A DNA stretch of 64,000 nt from an uncultured bacterium (GCA_937879955.1 CALFMK010000001.1:361853-425852); one strand, 5' to 3'. Shown: positions 38,150 through 50,362, counted from the stretch's first letter. Notes: generated by a model not told the origin, from the letters alone. Program-made: numbers and translations.

Positions 38150-38827
38150 ATGGACCATGACTGGAACCTCTCGCCCCGGGACGCCATAGCCCTCCAGAAG
38201 AAGCTCAAGGACGAGGTGCGGCTCGTGCCGCTCGCCAAGGAGCCTCTCCTCCTCGGCGGCTGCGACGTATCCATGAACCGTTTCGCCAAGGAAGGGTTCG
38301 CAGGGTTCGTGACGCTCACCTATCCGGAGCTCGCCGTGATAGACCATGCAGTCGCGAAGGATACGATCCCCTTCCCGTACGTGCCCGGCCTCCTCTCCTT
38401 CCGCGAGATACCGATGCTCATGAAGGCCTGGGAGAAACTCGAGACGAAGCCGGACGTGCTCCTGGTGGATGGTATCGGCATCGCGCATCCGCGCCGGCTC
38501 GGCATCGCCTCGCATCTCGGGCTCATGCTTGCCATCCCGACCGTCGGCTGCGCGAAGAGCGTGCTCACCGGATACCATGACGAGCCCGGGCCAGAGCCCG
38601 GGGACGTCGCGCGCCTCATAGATCCGAAGACCGGCGAGGTTATCGGCGCGGCGCTCCGCACGAAGCGCAACGTGAAGCCGATGTTCATCTCTCCCGGGCA
38701 CCTCATAACCCTCGAGGATGCCGTCCGGCTCGTGATGCGGTGCGTACGCGCGCACCGCCTCCCCGAGCCCACGAGGCAGGCGCACGACACCGTGAACGCG
38801 TACCGGCTCGAGGACATGGGCTCCTGA
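38150..38827 (+). CDS. nfi: Endonuclease V
   Basis: GCDVS, FPYVPGLLSFRE, VDGIGIAHPRRLGIASHLG, RLPEPTRQAH. Confidence 0.95.
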   Translation: MDHDWNLSPRDAIALQKKLKDEVRLVPLAKEPLLLGGCDVSMNRFAKEGFAGFVTLTYPELAVIDHAVAKDTIPFPYVPGLLSFREIPMLMKAWEKLETKPDVLLVDGIGIAHPRRLGIASHLGLMLAIPTVGCAKSVLTGYHDEPGPEPGDVARLIDPKTGEVIGAALRTKRNVKPMFISPGHLITLEDAVRLVMRCVRAHRLPEPTRQAHDTVNAYRLEDMGS

Positions 38828-38864
38828 TTCGTCTTCGCGCGCCATACCTGGTATACAAGAAGCA

Positions 38865-39722
38865 ATGCCTAAGCCTCTCAAGATCGTCCTTTTCTCAGCA
38901 CTCGTCCTGTTCGCCGGGATCGGCCTCCTCTTCACCGGCGTGTTCGTCGCGATGCAGTTCGGCCTCCTGAACGTGCGCGGCAACATACTCGACCGGAACG
39001 CCTTCTTCGATCAGGGCACCTCGACCCCGGCCGCAGCCGTGAAGAGCCAGCCGTGCATAGCCGCAGGCGAGGATTCCTGCGCATGGAACGAGACCCCTGA
39101 GTGGGACGTGGTCGAGGGCGGGATCCGGAAGGACGAGGCGGTCATCAAGCGCGTCGCCGCGGAGACCGGTGTCGATGCCCGCCTCATCATCGCGAGCGCC
39201 ATCCCCGAGCAGATCCGCTTCTTCACCTCCGAGCGCGAGGTCTTCAAGCGCTACTTCGAGCCGCTCAAGATCCTCGGCTCCCTCTCGCAGTTCTCGCTCG
39301 GCGTGTCCGGCATCAAGCAGGAGACCGCGCGGCTCGTAGAAGAGTACGCGTACGACACGAGCTCTCCGTTCTACCCAGGACCCGAGGCCGGCCGCCTCCT
39401 CGCCTACAGCGACCCGGTCGACAAGGACGGACAGCTCTATCGCCGCCTCACCGACGAGAAGGACCACTACTACTCCTACCTCTACACGGCGATCTATCTC
39501 AAGGAGATCGAGGCGCAGTGGAGGAACGCGGGATTCGATATCAGCGACGATCCGTACGCGCTCGTGACGCTCTTCAATATCGGCTTCGGAAACTCCGTAC
39601 CGAAGGCGGACCCGATGGCCGGCGGCGCCGCTATCACGGTAGGCGGACGCACCTACGCGTTCGGACAGCTCGGCGGTGACTTCTACACCTCCGACGAGCT
39701 TACGGACATCTTTCCGCGCTAG
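38865..39722 (+). CDS. Membrane-anchored hypothetical protein, possible lysozyme-like fold
   Basis: N-terminal TM; VAAETGVDARLI..EQ..SLGVSGIK..TLFNIG resembles a transglycosylase-like motif order. Confidence 0.6.
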   Translation: MPKPLKIVLFSALVLFAGIGLLFTGVFVAMQFGLLNVRGNILDRNAFFDQGTSTPAAAVKSQPCIAAGEDSCAWNETPEWDVVEGGIRKDEAVIKRVAAETGVDARLIIASAIPEQIRFFTSEREVFKRYFEPLKILGSLSQFSLGVSGIKQETARLVEEYAYDTSSPFYPGPEAGRLLAYSDPVDKDGQLYRRLTDEKDHYYSYLYTAIYLKEIEAQWRNAGFDISDDPYALVTLFNIGFGNSVPKADPMAGGAAITVGGRTYAFGQLGGDFYTSDELTDIFPR

Positions 39723-40020
39723 ATTCCTTCACGCGCGCCTCATGCGCGAGCTCGTACCCTTCGAGGGTATGGAACGTCGATTACAGAGACCGAGCATAGA
39801 AGCGCGCCTCTCCCGCAGGCATCAGAACGTAGACGTGCATCCTGTCGCGAAGCGGCTCAGTGCCATTCCGGTCCTTGGCCGGATCGTTTCGGCCTGGATT
39901 CAGGCGACGCACAGCGAGGGACCGGCACGCCGCTGGGCATCCTTGCCGCCATTCGCCGCAGCGTAGCGCAATACGCGGTAGAATGTACGGAGCCGTAACG
40001 GCATAACCTTTCGCCTGCCT

Positions 40021-40506
40021 ATGAATACGAAGACCGCCTGGATCGCCCTTATCATCATCGTCATACTCGCTCTCGGAGCCTGGTACGCGCTCTCGCCGAA
40101 GCAAGCCGCTGCCCCGACCGATAGCGCAGCCATGCAGGAAAACACCATGAACGCTGACGCCCCGGTAGAAGAAGATGGCGGCCCAGCCTTCACCGTCGTG
40201 ACGCTCACCGACGCTGGATTCTCCCCTGCTACCGTGACGGTCGCCGTCGGCGAGACCGTCCGCTTCGTGAACGAGTCCTCGCGCGGCATGTGGATAGGAT
40301 CGAACGACCATCCGACGCACACCCAGTACGACGGCACCTCCACCCGTGAGCACTGCGCGGACGGCGCGAGCACGAACGGCACGTTCGACCAGTGCGCATC
40401 CGCGAACAAGGGCGACTACTGGGACTACACGTTCGAGAAGGCCGGGACGTTCGGCTTCCATAACCACGTCGGCGCCTCGAACACCGGCACCGTCATCGTG
40501 AAGTAG
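40021..40506 (+). CDS. Cupredoxin-domain protein
   Basis: FSPATVTVAVGETVRFVN..HPTH..YTFEKAGTFGFHNH. Confidence 0.82.
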   Translation: MNTKTAWIALIIIVILALGAWYALSPKQAAAPTDSAAMQENTMNADAPVEEDGGPAFTVVTLTDAGFSPATVTVAVGETVRFVNESSRGMWIGSNDHPTHTQYDGTSTREHCADGASTNGTFDQCASANKGDYWDYTFEKAGTFGFHNHVGASNTGTVIVK

Positions 40507-40507
40507 C

Positions 40508-40882
40508 ATGGTGAATCCTCTACGCCTCCCACTCCCCGGGCTCGTGATGCGGCTCGCGGTCGCCTTCAGCTTCGTCTACCCCGCGGTCTCCGCATACTTC
40601 GACCCCTACGCCTGGATCGGGTACTTCCCCGGATTCCTCCTCACGCTCGCCGGCGGCCACGACCTCGTCCTCCTGCATGCATGGGGACTCTTCGAGATAG
40701 CGCTCGCGCTCTGGGTGCTCTTCGGAACGCGCGTCTACGTCCCGGCGATCATCATGGCGCTCGCGCTCGTGGCGGTCGTCGTCGCGAATCCGGACCAGTT
40801 CCCTATCCTCTTCCGCGACCTCTCCATCGCGCTCGCGGCGATCTCGCTCGCGCTCGTAAACAAGAAGAAGCATGGCGGCTAG
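40508..40882 (+). CDS. DoxX-like membrane protein
   Basis: MRLAVAFSF..P..WIGYFP..GLFE..FRDL; four TMs. Confidence 0.7.
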   Translation: MVNPLRLPLPGLVMRLAVAFSFVYPAVSAYFDPYAWIGYFPGFLLTLAGGHDLVLLHAWGLFEIALALWVLFGTRVYVPAIIMALALVAVVVANPDQFPILFRDLSIALAAISLALVNKKKHGG

Positions 40883-41303
40883 AGAGCGCACGGCGGGCGG
40901 GATCGTGCTCGGCGACTCGGGGACCGTCGCCATGGTCCGTCGCTCCGACGCCTGGCTCTTCCCGAAGGGGCACGTCGAGGAGGGCGAGACGGACGAACAG
41001 GCCGCGCGCCGCGAGATAGCCGAAGAGACCGGACTCGCGAACCTGGAGCTCATCGATGACCTCGGCAGCTACGAGCGTTACGCCATCACGAAGGAAGGCA
41101 CGGATGACTTAGAGCGCATGAAGGAGATACACATGTTCCTGTTCGCCGCAGAGCCGCATGCGGAGCTCGCACCGAGCCATGAGATAGCAGAGGCGCGCTG
41201 GGTCTCCTTCTCCCGTCTCATAAGCGAGATCGGGAACGCGAAGGATAAGGCGTGGTTCACCACCGTCTTCGAGCGCGTGCGGCACGCGATACAGCGCGAT
41301 TAG
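40872..41303 (+). CDS. NUDIX hydrolase
   Basis: PKGHVEEGETDEQAARREIAEETGL Nudix box. Confidence 0.93.
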   Translation: MAARERTAGGIVLGDSGTVAMVRRSDAWLFPKGHVEEGETDEQAARREIAEETGLANLELIDDLGSYERYAITKEGTDDLERMKEIHMFLFAAEPHAELAPSHEIAEARWVSFSRLISEIGNAKDKAWFTTVFERVRHAIQRD

Positions 41304-41362
41304 GCAAGGCGCCGGTCTGAAACCGGCGCTTTTGCTTCAGTACAGGAACGTATCTAACCGAA

Positions 41363-41887
41363 CTAGGACGCGCACGTGGGCGAGAAGTACGATATGTCGA
41401 GATTAATATTGTCATTCCTGGTCGGCGACCCGCTCGATCCATGCAGCCCGTCCGGTCCGGCCGAGAATACGATGTCCTTCCTGCAATTGCCGCTCTCAAG
41501 CTCGTTCTCATCAATAAGATAGACATTCCCCCATGGATCCCTGAATCCGCTCGCGATGAACGCGTCCAGCATGCCTCCGGATGCGGTGTTTATCTTCCCG
41601 AACTGCGTCTGCATGAACGAGATGCAGCTTGCGCTATTTATATTTGCGTCGATGCATGCACCTGCGCTGTTGCCGGAGCCGGTTAGGTCGGAAAGTATCT
41701 TCCCGCTACTCAGTCGCGCCTGATCTATGGCAAGCGCAACCTGGCGCAGAGCCTGCCTGGTCGCTGCCACGCGAGCGCGTTCGCGGGCGGTCGACAAGGA
41801 CGCGAGCACCACCGCAGACAGCACGCCGATGATCGCGATCACCACGAGGAGCTCGATGAGGGTGAAGGCGCGGTATGCGGATCTCAT
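41363..41887 (-). CDS. Pilin/pseudopilin (tandem copy B)
   Basis: RAFTLIELLVVIAII, DPWGNVY, SAGPDG. Confidence 0.85.
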   Translation of the reverse strand: MRSAYRAFTLIELLVVIAIIGVLSAVVLASLSTARERARVAATRQALRQVALAIDQARLSSGKILSDLTGSGNSAGACIDANINSASCISFMQTQFGKINTASGGMLDAFIASGFRDPWGNVYLIDENELESGNCRKDIVFSAGPDGLHGSSGSPTRNDNINLDISYFSPTCAS

Positions 41888-41940
41888 GCGTCTAATGATA
41901 CCAGAGGCGTCCTTTCGTTCAGGTTCGACCAGGAAGACTA

Positions 41941-42468
41941 TCAGGATGCGCACGTAGGCGAGAAGAAGGAGAGATACAAATTGATATTATCGAGACGCGT
42001 CGGCGAGCCGCTCCCTCCATGGATACCGTCGGGTCCGGCGGAGAAGACCAGGTCCTTAGTACTACAGGAGCCATTCTCAAGCTCGTTCTCATCGAAGAGG
42101 TAGACGTTCCCCCACGGATCCCTGAAACCGCTCGCGATGAACGCGTCGAGCATGCCTCCAGATGCCACATTTATCTTGGTAAATTGCGCTTGCATGTTTG
42201 CAAGACATCCCGCGCTATTCATATTCGGATCAACACAAGCAGCCGCGCTGTAGGTTGAATTAGTAATATCTTTCAATACCATGCCGCTCTGAAGACGCGC
42301 CTGATCTATGGCGATAGCCACCTGGCGCAAGGTCTGCTTCGCAGAAGCGGTCCGCGCGCGGTCGCGGGCGGTCGACAAGGACGCGAGCACCACCGCAGAC
42401 AGCACGCCGATGATTGCGATCACCACGAGGAGCTCGATGAGGGTGAAGGCGCGGTATGCGGATCTCAT
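41941..42468 (-). CDS. Pilin/pseudopilin (tandem copy A)
   Basis: Paralog of 41363-41887 with a near-identical 5' ~125 bp. Confidence 0.85.
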   Translation of the reverse strand: MRSAYRAFTLIELLVVIAIIGVLSAVVLASLSTARDRARTASAKQTLRQVAIAIDQARLQSGMVLKDITNSTYSAAACVDPNMNSAGCLANMQAQFTKINVASGGMLDAFIASGFRDPWGNVYLFDENELENGSCSTKDLVFSAGPDGIHGGSGSPTRLDNINLYLSFFSPTCAS

Positions 42469-42492
42469 GCGTCTAATGATACCAGAAGCGTA

Positions 42493-43656
42493 TTAGCGGA
42501 TGGCCTTCGCCACCGCCGGCACCACCCGCTTGTCGAGCACGTCCGGGATGATTTTCTTCGCGACCGGCTTCTCGACGAGCGCCGCGAGCGCCTTCGCTGC
42601 TTTCAGCTTCATCTCCTGCGTTATGGCGGAGACGCCGCGGTCGAGCGCGCCTCGGAACACGCCCGGGAACACGAGCGCGTTATTTATCTGGTTCGGGAAA
42701 TCGGACCGTCCTGTCGCGACGACGGCAGCACCGCCCTTCAGGGCCTCGTCCGGCATGATCTCAGGGACCGGGTTCGAGAGCGCGAAGACGATACTATCTG
42801 CGGCCATGGTCCTGATATCCTCGCTCGTGAGGAGACCGGGGCCTGAGACGCCGATGAACACGTCGCTCCCGGCGAGCGCCGTGCGCAGGTCTCCGGAGAC
42901 CTTCCTCGGATTCGTGAGGACCGCGAGCTCCTGCTTGCTGTGATTGAGGTCGGGACGTCCCTCGTAGATCGCGCCGCCGCGGTCGAGCATCACGATGTCG
43001 TCGATACCGGCCGCCTTGAGGAGCTTCGCGGTCGCGACGCCGGCGGCGCCTGCGCCAGAGATCACGACCCGCAGCTTCTTGAACGTCTTCCCCACCACCT
43101 TCGCGGCGTTGATGAGCCCGGCGAGCACGACGATGGCGGTGCCGTGCTGGTCGTCATGCATGACCGGGATGTTGAGCGCCTCGACGAGACGCTTCTCGAT
43201 CTCGAAGCACTGCGGCGCCTTGATGTCCTCGAGGTTGATGCCGCCCCAGCCCGGCGCGATGGCGAGCACGGTCCGGACGATCTCGTCCGGGTCCTGCGTA
43301 TCGAGGACGATCGGCCATGCGTCGATACCGGCGAGCTCGCGGAATATGAGCGCCTTACCCTCCATCACCGGCAACGCGCCATAGGGCCCTATGTTCCCGA
43401 GCCCGAGCACCGCGGAGCCGTCCGAGATGACAGCGACGCTGTTCTTCTTCACGGAAAGGTTCCGGGTATCCTCCGGATGCGCTGCGAGGTGTGTGGACGC
43501 CACGCCGACGCCGGGCGTGTAGTAGAGCGACATCGCCTCCTTGCTCGACAGCTTCACGCGTCCTCGGGTCTCTATCCTCGCGCCGGTCTTCTTGAAGGCA
43601 GCGATGATCTGGGCCGGGGTCTTCTTTGCGGGAGCGGTCTTCTTCGGCGTTGGCAT
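42493..43656 (-). CDS. NAD(P)-dependent malic enzyme
   Basis: YTPGV, GLGNIG..VMEGKA, NLEDI, HDDQHGTA, GAGAAG, ATGRSDFPNQINN. Confidence 0.93.
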   Translation of the reverse strand: MPTPKKTAPAKKTPAQIIAAFKKTGARIETRGRVKLSSKEAMSLYYTPGVGVASTHLAAHPEDTRNLSVKKNSVAVISDGSAVLGLGNIGPYGALPVMEGKALIFRELAGIDAWPIVLDTQDPDEIVRTVLAIAPGWGGINLEDIKAPQCFEIEKRLVEALNIPVMHDDQHGTAIVVLAGLINAAKVVGKTFKKLRVVISGAGAAGVATAKLLKAAGIDDIVMLDRGGAIYEGRPDLNHSKQELAVLTNPRKVSGDLRTALAGSDVFIGVSGPGLLTSEDIRTMAADSIVFALSNPVPEIMPDEALKGGAAVVATGRSDFPNQINNALVFPGVFRGALDRGVSAITQEMKLKAAKALAALVEKPVAKKIIPDVLDKRVVPAVAKAIR

Positions 43657-43698
43657 GAGCGAGAAAGGATTAGCGCGTATGCGCGCAGTATCCCACGC

Positions 43699-45237
43699 CT
43701 AACTCGCCGCTGTCGAACACGCCTTCTGAAGGGCTGCCTTGGTCGCAGGACCGACGAGACCGTAGGATGCAGATGATGCCGTCGTGACCTTCTGCTGCAC
43801 CTGGAAGCGCTTCACGGCGGCGAGCGTCGCCGTACCGAAGTAGCCCGTGACCTTCCCTTCCGGATAGACGCTTGGGTCCTTCGCGAGGATCTGCTGGAGG
43901 CGCGTCACTTCGCCGTTGGTGTCCGCGTCGGTCGCCTCAGGCGCAAGCGAACTCGCGAACGCTGTACAGGTACCGGCTGACGCAGCAGGCGCACGCGCGA
44001 CCGATGCTGCGGGCGACTCCGTGGTGGCCAGGCCGTACGCGGTATTGAGCGCGCTTCGGGTCGCGTGATCGAGCGTGCCCGTCTGCACGATGCCCCTCGC
44101 CGCCTGAAAGGCCTTTATGGACGCGGGCGTACATACATTCATGAGCCCGGATACCGGACACACCGCGAGCGAAGACTCGGTGCCAGGATAGAAGCCCTGG
44201 TCACGGAGCGCGGCTTGCAGCGCATAGAGCCCGCGACTATCGGCGCTCGAGGACGCCGTAACGTCGGTCGTGAACTGGTACGGCAGGATGCTCGTACCGA
44301 AGCGGGGGCGGGCGGCGGAGCCGAAGAAATCCTTCACGCCGAGCGCGGTCGCATACGCGTAATCGGCGAAGACCTGCTCGCGCGCGCCGTCCGTGATGCG
44401 CGGTTCGTAGATATAGCCGTACTCGATGAGGAGGCTCGGCATGCTCGCCGTGTTGTACGCGCCGATGGCGATGAGCTCGCGGTCTTCCACGATACCCCTG
44501 GTCTCGAGGCCCGAGGTCGAGGTCGCGGTGTACGCGTTCAGGCGTTCGAATATGGGCTCCGCGATCGCCTTGGACGCCTTCGCGTTCCCGTAGATGCTGT
44601 CAGGCACGTAGATCGCGAGCCCGGTATGGTCGCCGGCCGCGTCAGCAGCATGACTCGTCTCGTCGTTGAGATGCAGGTGCAGTACGAGGTCGACGTCGTT
44701 CTCGTCCGCCCATTTCGATACGCCGTAGAGACGCAGCGCCACGTCCGAACGCGCCTCGTTGTGCGCGGCCTGCTCCTCGTTCTCCTTGATCCTCCCGCGC
44801 TTCTCGAGCTTCTCCATGGCTTTCTTGTGTTCGTCCACGAAACGCTCGATTTTCTTGCCCTGCCGGTCGAAATAGTATTCGAAATCGTCGTTCCATCCGG
44901 CGTTCCCGCGCGCGACGAGCACCTCGAGGTTCGGGTCGGTGCGCAGCTCGGTCGCGAGCTTCTCCGCGATGTCGACCGCGAACTCGCGCTCGTAGAAGCC
45001 CTTGTACTCGGCGCCGCCGAAATCAGGCTCATGGCCCGGCATGATGAGGATGCGCACCTTCTCGCCGCCGGCTGCGGCCTCCGCGTAGGCTTCGGCCAGA
45101 TCGTCGGCACTCACGGTCTCCGGGAACGCGGTCTTCGACGACTTCTTGGTCGCAGCCTCGAGCATGTGCGCGCTCGGCACGAACGCGATACTAGCAAGAA
45201 GCGCTACGGAAAGGATACGGGGAAAGAAGGTGCTCAT
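43699..45237 (-). CDS. N-acetylmuramoyl-L-alanine amidase (Amidase_3) with peptidoglycan-binding domains
   Basis: Signal peptide; MPGH, ERE, HLHLN and LIEYGY Zn/catalytic motifs; two C-terminal PG_binding_1-like repeats. Confidence 0.85.
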   Translation of the reverse strand: MSTFFPRILSVALLASIAFVPSAHMLEAATKKSSKTAFPETVSADDLAEAYAEAAAGGEKVRILIMPGHEPDFGGAEYKGFYEREFAVDIAEKLATELRTDPNLEVLVARGNAGWNDDFEYYFDRQGKKIERFVDEHKKAMEKLEKRGRIKENEEQAAHNEARSDVALRLYGVSKWADENDVDLVLHLHLNDETSHAADAAGDHTGLAIYVPDSIYGNAKASKAIAEPIFERLNAYTATSTSGLETRGIVEDRELIAIGAYNTASMPSLLIEYGYIYEPRITDGAREQVFADYAYATALGVKDFFGSAARPRFGTSILPYQFTTDVTASSSADSRGLYALQAALRDQGFYPGTESSLAVCPVSGLMNVCTPASIKAFQAARGIVQTGTLDHATRSALNTAYGLATTESPAASVARAPAASAGTCTAFASSLAPEATDADTNGEVTRLQQILAKDPSVYPEGKVTGYFGTATLAAVKRFQVQQKVTTASSASYGLVGPATKAALQKACSTAAS

Positions 45238-45306
45238 ATGGAGATACCGTAGCATGAGGGGTATATCCCCAGTCTCGCCCGCGGCGCGTGATGCGCGCGT
45301 GAAGCC

Positions 45307-45684
45307 CTAGCGATCCTTCTTCGGATGCACGAACACCTTCGCGACGCAGGTCGTCCTGCCGCCGGGTCCCTCGAACGTCATCGGGAACTCGTGCTTGCCG
45401 AGGAACGCGATGGCGACGCGCTGGCGACCCTTCGTCGGCCACACCTTCTCGTCGCGCGTGAGCCCGGTCATGCTCGTCGCGTTCTTGCTCTCCCAGACGA
45501 TCTCCGTCACGGAACCCGAGGTCATGACCCTCTTCGTCGAGCGCACCTCGCAGGTCGGCGGTGCCTTCACGATCGTGATGCTCTTCACGGAAAGCGTGAG
45601 CGGGGTCGTCGTCGCCGCATGCGCAGGCAGAGCTGCGAGGAAGAGTATCGGCACGAACAGGAGCGCGCGGTATCGGTTGGTCAT
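45307..45684 (-). CDS. Secreted hypothetical protein
   Basis: Signal peptide (..PAHA), PTC..W.S.NA..GPGG..TC Ig-like pattern. Confidence 0.65.
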   Translation of the reverse strand: MTNRYRALLFVPILFLAALPAHAATTTPLTLSVKSITIVKAPPTCEVRSTKRVMTSGSVTEIVWESKNATSMTGLTRDEKVWPTKGRQRVAIAFLGKHEFPMTFEGPGGRTTCVAKVFVHPKKDR

Positions 45685-45758
45685 GGGTATATGAGAGCAC
45701 GACAGGGGCGAGAATGCCAGATGCGGGCTGAAACGGCTGGACGGTATACTGGAGCGGC

Positions 45759-47939
45759 ATGAAGCCCGAGGACCTCGTCTCCCAGCATTTCACCCGCCTC
45801 AAGCCCGACCAGAAGCGGGCGCTCGAGAAGCTCGGTATCCGCACGATCCTCGACCTGCTCTATCACTTCCCCGCCCGCTACGAGGCGGCAGGTCCGACCG
45901 GTACCATCGGGAGCGCCACTGCCGGCAGCGAGGTGACGCTCTACGGCACCATCCGGAAGCCCGAGGCGAAGAGGGCGTGGAAATCGAAGCGGCCCATGGG
46001 AGAGGCATGGCTCGAGGACGCGTCAGGGCGCATGAAGCTCCGCTGGTTCTCGCAGCCCTACATCGCGAAATCGCTCGCGGACGGCATGGTGGTGAAAGCG
46101 TCCGGGAAGATCGCGGGGACCGGCGACAAGATCTACCTCGCGAACCCCGAGATAGACCGCTCCCCCGTGAACCCGGAGGACGTGCACGACACCCTCTTCA
46201 CGGCCGCGGACGAGGTCGGCACGCAGATCCTCGAGGACACCCTGTATGCGATCTACCCGGAATCGAAGGGCGTCTCCTCGCTCTGGTTCCTGCACGCGAT
46301 GAAGCGCGTGTTCGAGGCGGGCGTGCACGAGCGTCTCGCCGACCCCATCCCGAAGGACATGCTCGACCGGTACAGCCTCCCGACCCTCGCGACCGCGCTC
46401 ATCTGGATGCACGCGCCGAGGAAGCTGCCGGACGCGCAGGCGGCGAGGAAGCGCTTCGCGTTCCAGGAGGTGCTCTCGATCCAGCTCACCACGCAGCGCA
46501 GGAGACTCGAGGCGACGCAGGAGCGCGCGCTCCCGGTGGACGCGAACCGCGAGGCGCTCCGCGCATTCATGGACTCGTTTCCCTTCCCGCCGACCGACGC
46601 CCAGGAGTCGTCCATCGAATCGATCGTCGCGGACTTCGAGAAGCCGCACCCGATGCGCCGTCTCCTCGAGGGCGACGTCGGCAGCGGCAAGACCGCGGTC
46701 GCGGCCGCCACCGCCTACATGGTGGCGAATTCCCGCCCGCCGGGCCGCAAGGCAGGTACGCTCCAGGTCGCGTACATGTGCCCGACCGAGATCCTCGCGA
46801 AGCAGCACTTCTCGACCTTCGTCTCGTACTTCAAGGACCACCCGATCCCGATCGGCCTCATCACCGGCAGCGAGTGCCGGAAGTTCCCCTCGAAGGTGCG
46901 ATACGAGGAGTCCGCGAAGGTCTCGCGCGCGCAGTTCGCCAAGTGGGTGGCGAACGGCGAGATCCCGATCGTCATCGGCACGCACGCGCTCGTCTATAAG
47001 TCACTGAAGTTCCAGAATCTCGCGTACGCGATCATCGACGAGCAGCACCGCTTCGGGAAGGCGCATCGCCAGAAGCTCACCAGGAAGGACGGGCAGCTCT
47101 CGCCGCATCTCCTCTCCATGACGGCGACGCCGATCCCGCGCACGCTCGCCCTCTCCATATACGGAGACCTGGACCTCTCGCTCCTCGATCAGATGCCGCT
47201 CGGAAGAAAGCCCATCATCACGGAAGTGCTCGGTCCCGAGAAGCGCGAGCAGGCGTACGAGCGCGTGAAGAGCGAGCTTTCGGCAGGACACCAGGCATAC
47301 GTGATCTGCCCGCGCATCGACGAGCCAGACCCCGCGAAGGAGTTCGCCGTACAGGCGAAGAGCGTGAAGGCGGAGGCGGAACGGCTGAAGCGGGACGTGT
47401 TCCCTGACGCGGAGATAGACATCCTGCACAGCAAGATGACGCCGAAGGCGAAGGAGGACGTGATGAAGCGGTTCGAGGACGGCACGGTCGACATACTCGT
47501 AGCGACATCGGTCGTGGAAGTGGGCGTGAACGTGCCGAACGCGACCGTGATCCTCATCGAGGGCGCCGAGCGCTTCGGTCTCGCCCAGCTGCATCAGCTG
47601 CGCGGCCGCGTGATCCGCTCGAGCAACCAGGCGTACTGCTTCGCGCTCCCGAACTCCTACGGACCCGTCACGAAGGAGCGCCTCAAGGCCCTCACCACGG
47701 CGAAGAACGGATTCGAGCTCGCCGAGTACGACCTCGCGCTCCGCGGCGCGGGCGAACTCTACGGCGCGCGCCAGTGGGGCGTCTCGGACATCGCCATGGA
47801 GGCCCTCAAGAACATAAAGATGGTGGAGGCTGCCCGGAAGGAGGCGCAGGCGCTCGTGAAGAAGGATCCGGAGCTCAAGAAGCACCCGCTCCTGGCCGCG
47901 CTCGCGAAGGAGGCGGACGAGGAAGTGCATCCTGAATAA
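45759..47939 (+). CDS. recG: ATP-dependent DNA helicase RecG
   Basis: GDVGSGKT, DEQHRFG, TATPIPRT, QLHQLRGRV, DLALRGAGE. Confidence 0.96.
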   Translation: MKPEDLVSQHFTRLKPDQKRALEKLGIRTILDLLYHFPARYEAAGPTGTIGSATAGSEVTLYGTIRKPEAKRAWKSKRPMGEAWLEDASGRMKLRWFSQPYIAKSLADGMVVKASGKIAGTGDKIYLANPEIDRSPVNPEDVHDTLFTAADEVGTQILEDTLYAIYPESKGVSSLWFLHAMKRVFEAGVHERLADPIPKDMLDRYSLPTLATALIWMHAPRKLPDAQAARKRFAFQEVLSIQLTTQRRRLEATQERALPVDANREALRAFMDSFPFPPTDAQESSIESIVADFEKPHPMRRLLEGDVGSGKTAVAAATAYMVANSRPPGRKAGTLQVAYMCPTEILAKQHFSTFVSYFKDHPIPIGLITGSECRKFPSKVRYEESAKVSRAQFAKWVANGEIPIVIGTHALVYKSLKFQNLAYAIIDEQHRFGKAHRQKLTRKDGQLSPHLLSMTATPIPRTLALSIYGDLDLSLLDQMPLGRKPIITEVLGPEKREQAYERVKSELSAGHQAYVICPRIDEPDPAKEFAVQAKSVKAEAERLKRDVFPDAEIDILHSKMTPKAKEDVMKRFEDGTVDILVATSVVEVGVNVPNATVILIEGAERFGLAQLHQLRGRVIRSSNQAYCFALPNSYGPVTKERLKALTTAKNGFELAEYDLALRGAGELYGARQWGVSDIAMEALKNIKMVEAARKEAQALVKKDPELKKHPLLAALAKEADEEVHPE

Positions 47940-47959
47940 GGGTGCGATACAGTACAGGG

Positions 47960-48033
47960 GCACCCTTAGCTCAGTTGGTTAGAGCACCGAGCTTATACCT
48001 CGGCGGTCCTTGGTTCGAGTCCAAGAGGGTGCA
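47960..48033 (+). tRNA. tRNA-Ile(UAU)
   Basis: Acceptor GCACCCT/AGGGTGC, anticodon arm CCGAG-CT-TAT-AC-CTCGG, discriminator A. Confidence 0.9.
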
Positions 48034-48106
48034 CCGATTTACGGGAAGTGCGTAGACGGGGCTTTTCTGGTACGGTGCAATCAGGTAAGACAGAAGGAGT
48101 ACTGAT

Positions 48107-48352
48107 GTGCCTATAATGATTGCACTGTTCCTTTGGGGACCGATGGCGATCCGTGAAGGACGACGTGCAGGATGGTTCTACGCCCTCGCGATCGTCCTCA
48201 TAACCCTCATCGTCACCCTCGCGTACGTGACCTTCGCCATCGCCCCGACGCCGATGGCAAACTATGGCCTCGTTCCCGCAGCGCATCTCTGGTACGCGCT
48301 TGCTGGTACCCTGTACTGGCTCACGCGCAAGAGCTCGCTCGCGAAAACCTGA
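48107..48352 (+). CDS. Small hydrophobic membrane protein
   Basis: Two to three TM helices; AGGAG upstream; terminator at ~48379-48407. Confidence 0.55.
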   Translation: MPIMIALFLWGPMAIREGRRAGWFYALAIVLITLIVTLAYVTFAIAPTPMANYGLVPAAHLWYALAGTLYWLTRKSSLAKT

Positions 48353-48421
48353 CCCGGTACGGTCACGATGAAAAGAATAATGGCGGACTCTCGCGAGTCC
48401 GCCATTTCCTTATAACTACCG

Positions 48422-50362
<1,941 letters not shown>

